The translations under genes were made by a program, and so were the position numbers. From a virus, in IMG/VR virus record IMGVR_UViG_3300036860_000514, positions 1 to 64,000 of that record: a stretch of 64,000 nt of DNA. One strand, given 5' to 3'. Positions 9,351-19,028 of this stretch are shown piece by piece (within the stretch, counting starts at the first letter, position 1; each line of letters starts with the position of its first letter). The notes below the pieces were generated by a model. That model had not been told where the DNA came from and did not search any database. It saw only the letters and a list, made by a program, of their open reading frames with translations.

Positions 9351-10588
9351 GTTGTTACCGCCCGCTCGCTGACGATCTCGACCTTTGGGAGTGGGAAGAT
9401 CATCGACCCGCCCCGCCGGAGATACTCCGCTTCCCGTCGTAGGATGGCATCACGAAACTGCCAGATCCCCACCAGCAGCGCCGCTGGGGGTTCATCTCGT
9501 CCAATCGTCTCGTCGATGATCGGAATCTTCGTGACGGTCTGCAGGCCCCACTTCGCTTGGTCTCGCTCCCAGGCATACCGGATAACGTCCCCAGTGACGT
9601 CACACCACTGCGCCAACGTATTGAATTTGGTCGACGCCCCGTAGACGTCGATCGTCTTGCCGTGCAGCACACCGTAGCGGCTGACGATCGCGCGAATCTG
9701 CCGGCGTACTTCGCCGGCGCGGTAAGCGAAGCGCGGGAAGGTCTGCCAATCTTCGGCGTTCCTCTCTCGGATGTGCAAGAGCGAGATACGTCGGCCGTCG
9801 ACCTCCGCCCCCTTGTGGCGGATGTAGAGGCGATAGCTGCCCCCGTTGATCGGGCGCTCCTCGGCGTCAACCACGACCAGTCCCAATGGTTCGATCAGCC
9901 GCTGAAAGCTGGCGAGCGTGTAGTAGACCAGATGCTCGTGGCAGATGTTGTCGAAGGCCGCGATCTTCTGCATCTGATCCCAGTCCTGGAACTGCACGAT
10001 CCAGATCCCGTCCGGATGCAGGAAGTCGCGGATCGCGTCGACGAACGCCCGGGGGTCGTCCGCGTCATAGAAACAGGCGATCGAGGTGATGATCTTGACC
10101 CGCGCCCGCTGCGAGTTGAGCCAGCGCGCGCCGACCGGGAAGTAATCGCGCACGATCAGCTCGGCATGCGGATAGAGCTCCTGATAGAGGTTCTCCGCCG
10201 GCTCGAAGGCGACCCGATTGATCCCGAGCGGATAGTTGGCGAGCAGCGTCCCGTCGTTCGCCCCGATGTCCATCACGTGATCCCCTGCCTGGAGATCGAC
10301 GCGGGCACGCGCCTGCTCGACGATGTCTTTCAGTTCGGCACACATCGTTTCGTTGATCCGTGACCGGTACCAGTACTTCCGGAATAAGAGGTCTGGATCG
10401 ACCGTGTGCTGAAGCTGCACCAGTCGACACTGGGTACAGACACAGAGCACGAGCGGGGCTCGCAGGGGAGGCTCCGCTCCGGGCTGCAGGAAGTCTGAGA
10501 GCACCGGTTTACCCAGATCGAGGAAGGGCTCCAGAGCCGCACCGCAGGCGCGACACTCACGCGACTGATAGGGTTCGGGCGTAGTCAC
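9347..10588 (-). CDS. NDP-sugar C-methyltransferase (TcaB9/TylC3-like, Zn-binding N-terminus)
   Basis: CRACG...C.QCRLVQL zinc site, DIGANDG, HEH, NGGS, YGASTKFN, IFPLP. Confidence 0.9.
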   Translation of the reverse strand: MTTPEPYQSRECRACGAALEPFLDLGKPVLSDFLQPGAEPPLRAPLVLCVCTQCRLVQLQHTVDPDLLFRKYWYRSRINETMCAELKDIVEQARARVDLQAGDHVMDIGANDGTLLANYPLGINRVAFEPAENLYQELYPHAELIVRDYFPVGARWLNSQRARVKIITSIACFYDADDPRAFVDAIRDFLHPDGIWIVQFQDWDQMQKIAAFDNICHEHLVYYTLASFQRLIEPLGLVVVDAEERPINGGSYRLYIRHKGAEVDGRRISLLHIRERNAEDWQTFPRFAYRAGEVRRQIRAIVSRYGVLHGKTIDVYGASTKFNTLAQWCDVTGDVIRYAWERDQAKWGLQTVTKIPIIDETIGRDEPPAALLVGIWQFRDAILRREAEYLRRGGSMIFPLPKVEIVSERAVTT

Positions 10589-11024
10589 GGAGGGCCTCCA
10601 GCGCGGGAGCCAGGACGGCTCGAACCTGCGCGACAATCTCGGGATTGACCGACTCTCGGTTGCCCGCGACGTTCAGGATGGTGATCTGGTGGAGGATGAT
10701 GAAGCCGATCAGGGCCTCGACGGACGGGTTCACCGTGTACGGCTTGTTGTAGCGGATGCAGGTGTACCGAGTGCGTCGACTCCCCGAGGAGTCCACGTCG
10801 CCAAACAGGACCGTGCCATCAGCCGCCTGCACGTTCTTATCTGTCCGCCCCTGATAGTGTTCACTGTCATCCTCGATGAGGCCATAGTCGGCGAGCCAGG
10901 GGGCGGGGCCGTACTCGGTACGCCAGCCGAGTGGCGCGGTGCCGCCCGTCTCATAGCCCAGCTCACGAGCGACACGGATCCCCGTCTGATCCGCGCCGCT
11001 CTGCCCGCCGGAGATGACCTTCAT
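10557..11024 (-). CDS. SLOG-superfamily protein (circularly permuted YpsA / 'putative molybdenum carrier')
   Basis: ISGGQSGAD, GG.AP.G, RT..NV..ADGT, LNVAGNRES. Confidence 0.85.
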   Translation of the reverse strand: MKVISGGQSGADQTGIRVARELGYETGGTAPLGWRTEYGPAPWLADYGLIEDDSEHYQGRTDKNVQAADGTVLFGDVDSSGSRRTRYTCIRYNKPYTVNPSVEALIGFIILHQITILNVAGNRESVNPEIVAQVRAVLAPALEALRDYARTLSVA

Positions 11025-11073
11025 AGCTTCCCTTCCCAGATGCGATCTTTCAGGGCTGGCCAGCCTTTCTTAA

Positions 11074-11352
11074 TTACAGTGATCCCTTTGACTGTTCGTG
11101 ATCCCGAATCCACTGCTGGGCCTCGCGCGCCGCCTCGACGTACGCTCGACTCGGGTGTCCCGAGACCTCCTGGCCCGGTTGGTAAGCGCTCCAGATCCGC
11201 TGGCGTATCGACCGTGGCAACTGGTACCAGTGGGCTCGGCAGCCCCACATCGCCGGGGGTACCTGAGTTGGGCAGTTTGGCCAATGGCATGTGTGGCTCC
11301 TCGTTTGTCCTTGTCGAAGGACGTACTCGACTTTGTCGTGGATCGTCGTCAT
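11074..11352 (-). CDS. hypothetical Cys/His zinc-binding protein
   Basis: HTCHWPNC...GCRAHW pattern. Confidence 0.6.
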   Translation of the reverse strand: MTTIHDKVEYVLRQGQTRSHTCHWPNCPTQVPPAMWGCRAHWYQLPRSIRQRIWSAYQPGQEVSGHPSRAYVEAAREAQQWIRDHEQSKGSL

Positions 11353-12014
11353 GAGCGTTTCACCAGCGCGAGAGAGGCAAACGTATAGTCGTAGACCTGG
11401 TTGCCGTGATAGGTCCAGTCTTCGGCCTCCCCGAGGAGGCTGAAATCATCTAACGGATGCTGCGGGCCGACATCTTCAAACCGATGACGAGCATGCGCGA
11501 GGTCTCGCCAGTCGTCGAGGGAGAAGATCCGTTTCCGCATCCAGTGAAAGTGAGCTGTGTCGGGACCATTCTGATCCCAGCAGTCCATGGTGAGAAAGAG
11601 CAGCCCCCCAGGGGCGACGAGGCAGTTTAGGTGGTACAGAAACTGGTCGAGATCCTCGACGTGCTCGAGGACGGAGAGACAGGTCACGATACACGCGAGA
11701 TGTGGTGCCTGCTGCAGGTACTGAGCGAGGCTCATATTCACGATGGGATCGATTACTCTGACTGAGCAGGCCGTAGTTTGATCAAGCATCTCTGAGAATG
11801 GACTTCCCGCGCCACCAATGTCAGCCACGCCAGCCGAATGAGCATAGTTGCCGTGATCCATCCAGTAGCGGACTGCTCGGAGAGCCATCGCATACTCCCA
11901 CCGCCGCATCGGGTGCTGTTCTCGCGCCGAGGCGAAGTGCTGATCGACGATCCGCAGCTCCTCCGTGAGCTGATCGAAGTCAGTCGGATTGAGGACCTTT
12001 GAGAGCGCGAGCAT
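11349..12014 (-). CDS. Class I SAM-dependent methyltransferase
   Basis: RRWEY, DIGGAGS, CLSVLEHV, PGGLLFLT. Confidence 0.85.
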   Translation of the reverse strand: MLALSKVLNPTDFDQLTEELRIVDQHFASAREQHPMRRWEYAMALRAVRYWMDHGNYAHSAGVADIGGAGSPFSEMLDQTTACSVRVIDPIVNMSLAQYLQQAPHLACIVTCLSVLEHVEDLDQFLYHLNCLVAPGGLLFLTMDCWDQNGPDTAHFHWMRKRIFSLDDWRDLAHARHRFEDVGPQHPLDDFSLLGEAEDWTYHGNQVYDYTFASLALVKRS

Positions 12015-12248
12015 TCAATGCCCCTCCAACAGTCGACGATAGGCTGTGGTGACACTCTCAAGTGTGTCGAGTAATTCCTGCGACGGCGGTCCGAAGACTT
12101 GGAAGGCTAAGTCACCGGAGGGCATTCGTAGTAGCGCCGCGACGAGCGTGCCCTCGTCAACGGCACGCCGGACGATCGCACGGATCTCCGCACTTGAGTA
12201 CGGGAGAGGCCGCCCTTTCGTATCGATGGCGAAGTCATCTATAGACAT
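12015..12248 (-). CDS. hypothetical protein
   Basis: Abuts both neighbours in the operon. Confidence 0.55.
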   Translation of the reverse strand: MSIDDFAIDTKGRPLPYSSAEIRAIVRRAVDEGTLVAALLRMPSGDLAFQVFGPPSQELLDTLESVTTAYRRLLEGH

Positions 12249-12412
12249 CAGAGCTCCTGCCAGCCGTTTGGAAGGCTCTTATCCGCCGGTCGAATCACAT
12301 ACGCGCGAAGTTCGCCTTGGCTTTCCCAACAGGAGTGCACCAGGTATCCCGCGTACACCAGTTCCACGATTGCCTCCGTCCACCCAGTCGGGAGACGCAG
12401 GCGCACAATCAT
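12248..12412 (-). CDS. hypothetical protein
   Basis: Short in-operon ORF starting MIVRLR. Confidence 0.4.
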   Translation of the reverse strand: MIVRLRLPTGWTEAIVELVYAGYLVHSCWESQGELRAYVIRPADKSLPNGWQEL

Positions 12413-12432
12413 AGGCTGTCCGAGTTGGACGC

Positions 12433-13455
12433 TCACGCCTGCACCAGCCGCCGATAGAGATCCGCGTAACGCTTCCCGACTCTCGCCCAACTCTCCTGCT
12501 CCGCGAGCGCCACGATCCCAGGGTCTATTCGTTGGATCGGCATCTCACGGAGATAGTCGGCGACATCCTCGAAGGTTTCCGCCCAGCGAATCGTCGCCTG
12601 CCCGAGGGGGTCGTCGTAGAGGGCTCGGAACTGCCGGCAGGTTTTCAGGGCAATGACCGGCTTCCGCGCGCCGATGCCTTGGAGGATGGCGCCGGATTGT
12701 CCAGTGTTGTGGCAGACGTAGCAGAAGGCCGTCGCATCGCAGCCGGCGAGCAGATGCCCGACAAGTGTGCGGTGGGTGAAATCGGTCCGCACCCAGCTAT
12801 CCGGGTTCAGGGTCCGCCACTGGTCGACTTGCTCCGGCGTCGCGTGCGGCGCGATCAGCAGGAGTGCCCACCCGCACGCTCGTGTCACCCGCGCGAGTTG
12901 GTCATAGTTCTTCCAGGGGAACGGGAATCCGACGGTACCAAGCACCGGTTGCTGCTCCCATCCTTTGAAGCACACTTCTGGCGAGCCTCGTCCCGCCCCG
13001 AAGAGATACGGGTTACGGGGCCCCGGCACACCCATCCGCCAGTAGTAGGGTGCTGGCCGCGTGAGGCTACTCCGCAGATCATCTGCTGGCTCGTGAATCA
13101 CGAACGCGTCAGCGACCTCGAAGAGTAATCTGGACAAATACGAGTTCGGGACCCCGGTGTCGTGATAGGTGATCACGACCTTGACACCCCGCTTCTGGTA
13201 GTGCTGGACCCAGTCTGGTGACCAACGCGAGAGCAAGGCTGCTTGGTAGTTCAGGTGCAGGACGTCGAGTCGTGGGTTCCCTACCGGATCGTGGGGGCTC
13301 TCAAAGTCAGCGGGGGGCATGGTGGGATCGAGATGCTCCTGAGGGATAATTCGGATATCACCCCCGTCGGCTTCGACCGCCTCTTTCAGATAGGCGGAGT
13401 GCTCCGCGATCCCGCAGGGCTGATCCCACGTGGTGACCAGCAGGACGTTGATCAT
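12433..13455 (-). CDS. Glycosyltransferase, GT-B fold (GT4-like)
   Basis: VTTW..PCGIAEHS, ITYHD, GF.FPWKN, QSGA...GARKPVI, SWARVG..Y. Confidence 0.8.
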   Translation of the reverse strand: MINVLLVTTWDQPCGIAEHSAYLKEAVEADGGDIRIIPQEHLDPTMPPADFESPHDPVGNPRLDVLHLNYQAALLSRWSPDWVQHYQKRGVKVVITYHDTGVPNSYLSRLLFEVADAFVIHEPADDLRSSLTRPAPYYWRMGVPGPRNPYLFGAGRGSPEVCFKGWEQQPVLGTVGFPFPWKNYDQLARVTRACGWALLLIAPHATPEQVDQWRTLNPDSWVRTDFTHRTLVGHLLAGCDATAFCYVCHNTGQSGAILQGIGARKPVIALKTCRQFRALYDDPLGQATIRWAETFEDVADYLREMPIQRIDPGIVALAEQESWARVGKRYADLYRRLVQA

Positions 13456-13658
13456 GCGTTCGCCTTCGCGTCTCGCACTTTCTGGAGCAGCGCCGCTTGG
13501 TCTTCGGTCGCCAGTGCGCCGAAGGCACGTGATCCGAGTAAGGCTCCCTCGATGAGGGCCCACTCATCAGCGGTGAAGCTGATACTCGTCTCGGCTGCCG
13601 GCGTCGTCGGCTCCGATGCTGGTTCTGCAGTCTCGTCGGCGGCTTTCCTCTTGGCCAT
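13452..13658 (-). CDS. hypothetical protein
   Basis: In-operon ORF whose stop overlaps the next start. Confidence 0.5.
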   Translation of the reverse strand: MAKRKAADETAEPASEPTTPAAETSISFTADEWALIEGALLGSRAFGALATEDQAALLQKVRDAKANA

Positions 13659-13744
13659 CGATGATCCATCCCATCTCAGGGGTCGCCCCTGGATAGAGTT
13701 CTACGGTCGGTTGCCCGTCAGGTTGGTCCGGGAGAGGGATCTCC

Positions 13745-14203
13745 TCAGTCGGACACTGCACGCAGATTCGTGCGATCGTCTGCGGGTCGAGGGGTAGGGG
13801 GCTTGGACGCCGGCGACGGCTCATGGGCTTTCTCCTCTCCACGGTGTTCCCCGACGTCGATATTGATACGCTGCACCAGACGCATCCGGTGATCGTTCAG
13901 GTCTTGGATGCGGCAGCCAATCCGGCCCGCCTCTTCCATCAGCCCGTCGTTCGGGTCATGAGCACGAATCTCGCGCAAGTCGTCTTCGGCATGCCACAGC
14001 GCGCCGTTGACGGCGGCTAACTCAATGGCAGTCTCGAGCCACGTGCCGCTCAGCGCACGGCTCCCGAGCTTGACCAGGAGGGCGTTGCGTTCGTCGATGA
14101 AATGCTTGACCTCCCGACTCCGCTCTTTTCCGAAAAGAATCTTCAGAGCGAGGATCGTCAGCCGATCCGTAATCTCGCCGGCGCCGTAGTTAACGAGGCG
14201 CAT
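13745..14203 (-). CDS. DUF6165-like all-helical protein
   Basis: GE..DRLTIL..K, VN..LW..ED..R, ND.R...IN pattern. Confidence 0.7.
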   Translation of the reverse strand: MRLVNYGAGEITDRLTILALKILFGKERSREVKHFIDERNALLVKLGSRALSGTWLETAIELAAVNGALWHAEDDLREIRAHDPNDGLMEEAGRIGCRIQDLNDHRMRLVQRINIDVGEHRGEEKAHEPSPASKPPTPRPADDRTNLRAVSD

Positions 14204-15035
14204 AGTTCCCCCGGTGGATGGCCTGCTTGATCGCGTCGCGCACATGCCGCGCATCGAAGGTCGGCTTGCCGTCGTTGCCCTTCACGCAGGTCACTCGCGG
14301 GCCGTCCATCCCGAAGGGCCAGAAGATCGGATGCCAGCGCGCCTCGCTCGGCTCGACGATGATCGCCGGCGTGCCCATCGCACACGCGAGGACATGCAGG
14401 GCGGAGCAACAGCCGAGGAAGACGTGGGCCCCGCCGATCGCTTCGGCTGCGCCGATCCAGCCGAGATCTGAAACGTGTCCGCCCTCCGTCCGCCAGCGAG
14501 AGCCGGGGATCCCGGAGATCGAGAGCCAGCCGGCGCCTGCTTGGTCAGCGATCGGATCTTGGCGGAGGAGTTCCCAGATCCCGTACTTGAGTTCGAACCA
14601 CTCATCGGTGAAGCCGACCACACACCGCGCCGGGACGTGCAAGGGCCCCAGTGGAGCATCTATCCACGGCGTCTTGAGATCGATCGGCGCCAGCTCGCGG
14701 CCCCACTGCGAGACGGCATTGAAGTAATGCTCTAGCGGTAGCGCATTCATCGGCCAGCGCTGATAGCCGAGATGGATCACGCGATCGTAGGCACTCGGAT
14801 CAACAGGAGCCTGCCACGGTGTCATCGGGGCCGTCTCCTGGACCTGCCAGTCGGCGAGGACATGCACGTGGCCGATGTAGGGCTGCTGGCGGATCAGGGG
14901 CGCGATCGATCCATACTTCGCACTGATCGCCAGATCGACCGCCTCACGCCCGATCGTCTTCGCGATGGCGCGCACCGTCGGGAGCGACCAGAGGATGTCC
15001 CCGAACCGGCCCGGCATGGTGCAGAGGACGGTCAC
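14190..15035 (-). CDS. Glycosyltransferase, GT9 (heptosyltransferase-like)
   Basis: GRFGDIL...P.VRA and FLGCCSALHVLACAMGTP, a variant of G.DSG..H.A.A.G.P. Confidence 0.8.
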   Translation of the reverse strand: MTVLCTMPGRFGDILWSLPTVRAIAKTIGREAVDLAISAKYGSIAPLIRQQPYIGHVHVLADWQVQETAPMTPWQAPVDPSAYDRVIHLGYQRWPMNALPLEHYFNAVSQWGRELAPIDLKTPWIDAPLGPLHVPARCVVGFTDEWFELKYGIWELLRQDPIADQAGAGWLSISGIPGSRWRTEGGHVSDLGWIGAAEAIGGAHVFLGCCSALHVLACAMGTPAIIVEPSEARWHPIFWPFGMDGPRVTCVKGNDGKPTFDARHVRDAIKQAIHRGNYAPR

Positions 15036-15286
15036 GGATGCTCCCCCGCAAGAATCCGGTGCATCTCGAAAGGCTCGGGCGTGACGCTCGTAAAGACGAG
15101 TTGCACGTGCGCCGCCGCCTGCTCGGCGAAGGAGGCCTTGGGATCGATGGTGATGGGGGTCGTCGGGAAGACGAGCACGGCCTCGGCGAGCGGGATCGAG
15201 GGCTTGTCCGGTCCCCCGAAGCGCAGGCGGACCTCGGCCTCCCCAGGCACACGTTGCAGGAGTGTGGCGAGTTCAGAGGCTTTCAT
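15032..15286 (-). CDS. hypothetical protein
   Basis: Overlaps both neighbours by 4 nt. Confidence 0.55.
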   Translation of the reverse strand: MKASELATLLQRVPGEAEVRLRFGGPDKPSIPLAEAVLVFPTTPITIDPKASFAEQAAAHVQLVFTSVTPEPFEMHRILAGEHP

Positions 15287-15696
15287 GGCACGACTCCCTC
15301 CGGCGCGGCGAGTAGACAGGCGCGCGCCGCCTCGTCAGTCAGGAGATAGGCATAGAACGGCTTCCCCTCGCGGAGCGCCTTGATACAGCGATGCGTGCCG
15401 TCGATCAGGACGTACTGGATCGCGCCCTGCCAGAGGATCGGTGCCGCGATGCCCCATTCCTTCGGGTTGGCCGACGCCACAACCGCGTCGTCGTACTCGT
15501 TGTGATCCGCGATATGCTGCATCACGGCTGGATCGATTGGCGCTGGTGCGGGTTGGACGATATGGCCTGCGTCGAGCTGTCGTTTCGCTCGACCAATGTC
15601 CCAGGTGATGCGCCCCACACCAGGGATGTCGTGGTGGTACACCTCCACTTTGAAGGTCCCACTGAGATAGGCGAGGAACGGCCCCTCTTCAGTCAT
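15283..15696 (-). CDS. ParB/sulfiredoxin-like domain protein
   Basis: YVLIDGTHR motif. Confidence 0.6.
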   Translation of the reverse strand: MTEEGPFLAYLSGTFKVEVYHHDIPGVGRITWDIGRAKRQLDAGHIVQPAPAPIDPAVMQHIADHNEYDDAVVASANPKEWGIAAPILWQGAIQYVLIDGTHRCIKALREGKPFYAYLLTDEAARACLLAAPEGVVP

Positions 15697-15917
15697 CGCC
15701 CGATCCACTGCGCATGGCTCGCCCGCGGGCCCCTGTCGTTCTGATCCTGCGGGACGAAGGTGACGACGTCCCCTTCCTCAAGATCCTGGAAACTCCGCCC
15801 CTGCAGCTCGCTGTGATGGAGGAAGTAGTCACCCCGTTCGCCATCGCAACGGAGGAAGGCGAACCCGCGATCCGTGATGATGCGCGTCACGCGCCCGGTC
15901 TTTGTTATGTCAGCCAT
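15693..15917 (-). CDS. Cold-shock domain protein
   Basis: RNP-like motifs RGFAFL and YFLHHSEL, plus LEEGD.V.F and GPRA. Confidence 0.9.
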   Translation of the reverse strand: MADITKTGRVTRIITDRGFAFLRCDGERGDYFLHHSELQGRSFQDLEEGDVVTFVPQDQNDRGPRASHAQWIGR

Positions 15918-15920
15918 CGT

Positions 15921-16799
15921 TCACACTCTGATTGGAAGGACGTCTCGAAAGTTGTCGTACCAAATACGATGGGCGTCTGCCCAGAGTCCCTGATCCCCGT
16001 CGGGATGCTTCGTCTTCGCCCACGCTTGATAGCCGGCGTCCCCGACGGCCGTCTGCCCGCCCAGATGGCGCGCCCGGAGCGGGAGGTACCAGACCTCCCA
16101 GCCATAGCGCTTCGCCAGACAGCCCAGCATGCCGTCATAGCCGTGGTGGATCACGCCGAGCTTCTCTAGATAGGTCCAGGGAGCATCCCACTGGCGAAGT
16201 CCACCATAGCGGTCAGGATCTCGTGCGTTCTGGAGGTTTGGTGCTAGCCCCTGCCCAAGCCAAAATTCTCGCCGGCCAATCTGTGAGAACCCATCGAGGC
16301 AGGCCACCGGCTCAGGGAGCAGCGATCGCAGCCCGTGGCGTTCGGCATCAATGAGATTGCTCCGGAACCCGACGCGGGCGAGCTGCATCGGACCATACGG
16401 CGTCGAGTAGAGCGCATCACTGCCGAGCCCGAGTGCCCCACCGAATCCCGCCAGCCCACACGCGGGATAGCGTTCGAAGTGCCTGGTGACGAGCACATCC
16501 CAGCCCGGCTGGTGAATCTCGAAGTCATCGTGCAGGCACGCGATGATCTCAGCCCCGTCCGCCAGCGCCTTCTCCACGCCCTGTCGATAGGCTCGGACGG
16601 TGCCGAGGTACTCGGCCGACACGTAGGCGCGCATGGCGGGGATCTGGAGCTCGGTCGCAATCGCCGGATCCCACGACGCTCCGGTCCCATTCGCGATGAG
16701 ATAGATCGGAATCTGCGTACTCACCAGGTGCTGCCAGGACCGGAGGCAGAGCGCCGCGCGCCGAAGGTCGGTCGTCGCCGTGACGATCGCGAGCGTCAT
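15921..16799 (-). CDS. Glycosyltransferase, GT-A fold
   Basis: IIACLHDD, G.AGFGG, CLDGF, HGYD, HLGG. Confidence 0.78.
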   Translation of the reverse strand: MTLAIVTATTDLRRAALCLRSWQHLVSTQIPIYLIANGTGASWDPAIATELQIPAMRAYVSAEYLGTVRAYRQGVEKALADGAEIIACLHDDFEIHQPGWDVLVTRHFERYPACGLAGFGGALGLGSDALYSTPYGPMQLARVGFRSNLIDAERHGLRSLLPEPVACLDGFSQIGRREFWLGQGLAPNLQNARDPDRYGGLRQWDAPWTYLEKLGVIHHGYDGMLGCLAKRYGWEVWYLPLRARHLGGQTAVGDAGYQAWAKTKHPDGDQGLWADAHRIWYDNFRDVLPIRV

Positions 16800-17122
16800 G
16801 GCTCCTTCACCTCGTCCTCCGTCAGCCGGCGCAGGGGCATCGGGCCCGCCTGCTCCGCAGTCCGCACGAGAATAAATTCGAGGTTCCGCGCGCCTCGGTC
16901 GCAGGTAAATGTGACGGTCGCCGCGATATCAACGAGCACGAGCCCGAGCGGGAGCTTCGGGTCGAGGTTCGGCCGGATGTCGACGACGCGCCAGAAGATT
17001 GGTCCCGGCACGTTCAGGAGGATCTCGTCTCCGACGTGGAGCTCCCGGTTGCGATGCTCACGGACGACGAGAGGGACCGTTGTCTGTCCCGTCAAGGGAT
17101 TGCTGCGCGCTTCGTAGCCCAT
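16796..17122 (-). CDS. hypothetical protein
   Basis: GAGG RBS; in-operon. Confidence 0.55.
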   Translation of the reverse strand: MGYEARSNPLTGQTTVPLVVREHRNRELHVGDEILLNVPGPIFWRVVDIRPNLDPKLPLGLVLVDIAATVTFTCDRGARNLEFILVRTAEQAGPMPLRRLTEDEVKEP

Positions 17123-17123
17123 C

Positions 17124-17384
17124 TCAGTTCCTCGTCGGGTCGTCTGGAGGACCCAGGACAAAGTCCACGCGATCGGTCTGTTGGATCCGACTCTGGGTTT
17201 CCTTCGGGTGACTCGCGATCGTCTGATCGACGATCTGCTTGATTACGGGGAGATGATGCCCTTCGATCGTGTACGTGTGCGTCCCGCAGTCCGGACAGTC
17301 GATCTGGATCTGCAGGATGATCGCCGTCCGCCCATCCGGAAATTCGACCAGGATGGTGCGGGCATCGGTGTGCGACTGCGCCAT
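17124..17384 (-). CDS. hypothetical protein with CPDC...HH
   Basis: In-operon ORF starting MAQSH. Confidence 0.55.
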   Translation of the reverse strand: MAQSHTDARTILVEFPDGRTAIILQIQIDCPDCGTHTYTIEGHHLPVIKQIVDQTIASHPKETQSRIQQTDRVDFVLGPPDDPTRN

Positions 17385-17385
17385 C

Positions 17386-18555
17386 TCATCGTCCTTCGAG
17401 TCCTCGCCGAATCCAGGCCTCCCAGCGGGGCCAGAGCATCTGCCAATCCAGATGAGCCACCGCGCCTCGACAATAGGCCGCGGCGGTCCCCTCGCCAATC
17501 GAGTGCTGCCAGCTCAGCACGCGCTCGATGGCATTCGCCACGTCGTCTGCGCGGAAGACTGGCCGACGCAGGGCGTAGACCGACTCAAGCCGGATCTCGC
17601 GCACAGGGAACCGCCACTCGATCTTCGGCACGAGCTCCAGCCCACCCCCGAAGTCGCCGTGTACGACGGGGGTGCCTGACGCCAGGCTCTCGACAATCGG
17701 GTAGCCGAAGCCCTCGCCGAGGCCCGGGGCGATCGTGACGTCACAGATCTGGTAGAGGGCGGCGAGCTGTCGATCCGTCATCGGCGGTGTGGTGACTGTG
17801 ATGCGCCGGCTCAATCCGAAGTCCTCCACGAGCTGTACGATCGACCAATCCTTGACGAGGGTATCGATATGGAGCCACCCATAGACGTTCACGCCTCGAT
17901 CGCGGAGCTCGGCGAGCGTATGGAAGTAGAGTCCGAGGTCCTTCCGTGGTTGATTGGTCGCGACGCAGCCGATGAGTGTGTGATGCGCGGCGGTGTGATA
18001 GGGCCCGAGCGTCTGCGCCAGCCAGTCGACCTCCTCCGGTTCAAGGGGCGCCGCGTAGACCTGGGTCACGATCCCATGTGGGAGGTAGGCAGTCGGCCCC
18101 CGCACCGTCTTCAGAATCTCCGCTGCCCAGCGTCCGTAGGCGATCACGCGATCCGCCGACTCGAGTGCCGCCCGCGCCGGGCCCCCGATCGATCCGCGGA
18201 TATTGGTCGAGTCGATCGCCGGGTAGACCCAGCGCTGGACCGGGATCCGAATGTCGCGGAAGGCTGCGAAGCGTCCCGGATCCCAGATCACCCAGAGGAT
18301 GCCCGGCTGTGTCCCGAAACACGACTGCCACATCGCCTCGACATAGGAGGCGCCCCAATCGCCGGCGGATCGGTCGAGCGGGTAGTGGCGCCACGCGGGC
18401 CACACCGGCGGCACGCCCCCACCGACCTGCACCAGATTGACGGGCAGCGTGGCCGTGCTGATCTGGCCCACCAGATCCCGCGCGATGCGGCCCAGCCCGG
18501 TCGGCTCCTGGGGACCGTCGCCGACGATCATCAGCGGGATCTCGCCAGCCATCAC
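17386..18555 (-). CDS. Glycosyltransferase, GT4
   Basis: TGLGR, HGI, NQPRKD and the E-x7-E motif GEGFGYPIVESLASGTPVV. Confidence 0.9.
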   Translation of the reverse strand: MMAGEIPLMIVGDGPQEPTGLGRIARDLVGQISTATLPVNLVQVGGGVPPVWPAWRHYPLDRSAGDWGASYVEAMWQSCFGTQPGILWVIWDPGRFAAFRDIRIPVQRWVYPAIDSTNIRGSIGGPARAALESADRVIAYGRWAAEILKTVRGPTAYLPHGIVTQVYAAPLEPEEVDWLAQTLGPYHTAAHHTLIGCVATNQPRKDLGLYFHTLAELRDRGVNVYGWLHIDTLVKDWSIVQLVEDFGLSRRITVTTPPMTDRQLAALYQICDVTIAPGLGEGFGYPIVESLASGTPVVHGDFGGGLELVPKIEWRFPVREIRLESVYALRRPVFRADDVANAIERVLSWQHSIGEGTAAAYCRGAVAHLDWQMLWPRWEAWIRRGLEGR

Positions 18556-18809
18556 GCACTCGCGAGGGTTTCACCGGACGCGGCGGCCTCCTCGGCGACG
18601 GACTCGGCGAGTGGCGTGCGAGTCTCAAGCTGCTGAAGGAATCCCATCGCGCACGCGAGCGAGCACAGATCGCGCGCATTGTAATCAGCCCAATACGAGC
18701 GCGTGCTGCTCCCCTGCTGGAGTTGGAGCCACCCCTCCGGCGCGAGCCGATAGGTGCCTTCGAGCTCGCCCTCTTTCCCGCAGTGGTCACACCGGATTGG
18801 CCGGGCCAT
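18552..18809 (-). CDS. small zinc-finger protein
   Basis: CDHC...CSLAC. Confidence 0.55.
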   Translation of the reverse strand: MARPIRCDHCGKEGELEGTYRLAPEGWLQLQQGSSTRSYWADYNARDLCSLACAMGFLQQLETRTPLAESVAEEAAASGETLASA

Positions 18810-19026
18810 CGCTGACCTCCTCTTTCTTCTCTCCGAGCATGTGCTGTCCGATCTGTTCCACGAGGTCGACCAGCACGACGATCCGGGTGTTGATGTCCGT
18901 CAGCCGTGTGCTGAGGACCTGATCGAGCTCGGCGATGCTCTGGGCGATCGCGTCGAGTCGTTTGTTCGCTGCCCGGGCGTTCCGCAGGGTGGTGTCCTGC
19001 GGGTTGCGTCGTGGTCGCTTCGCCAT
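18787..19026 (-). CDS. short coiled-coil protein
   Basis: Heptad pattern; in-operon. Confidence 0.5.
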   Translation of the reverse strand: MAKRPRRNPQDTTLRNARAANKRLDAIAQSIAELDQVLSTRLTDINTRIVVLVDLVEQIGQHMLGEKKEEVSDGPANPV

Positions 19027-19028
19027 GG

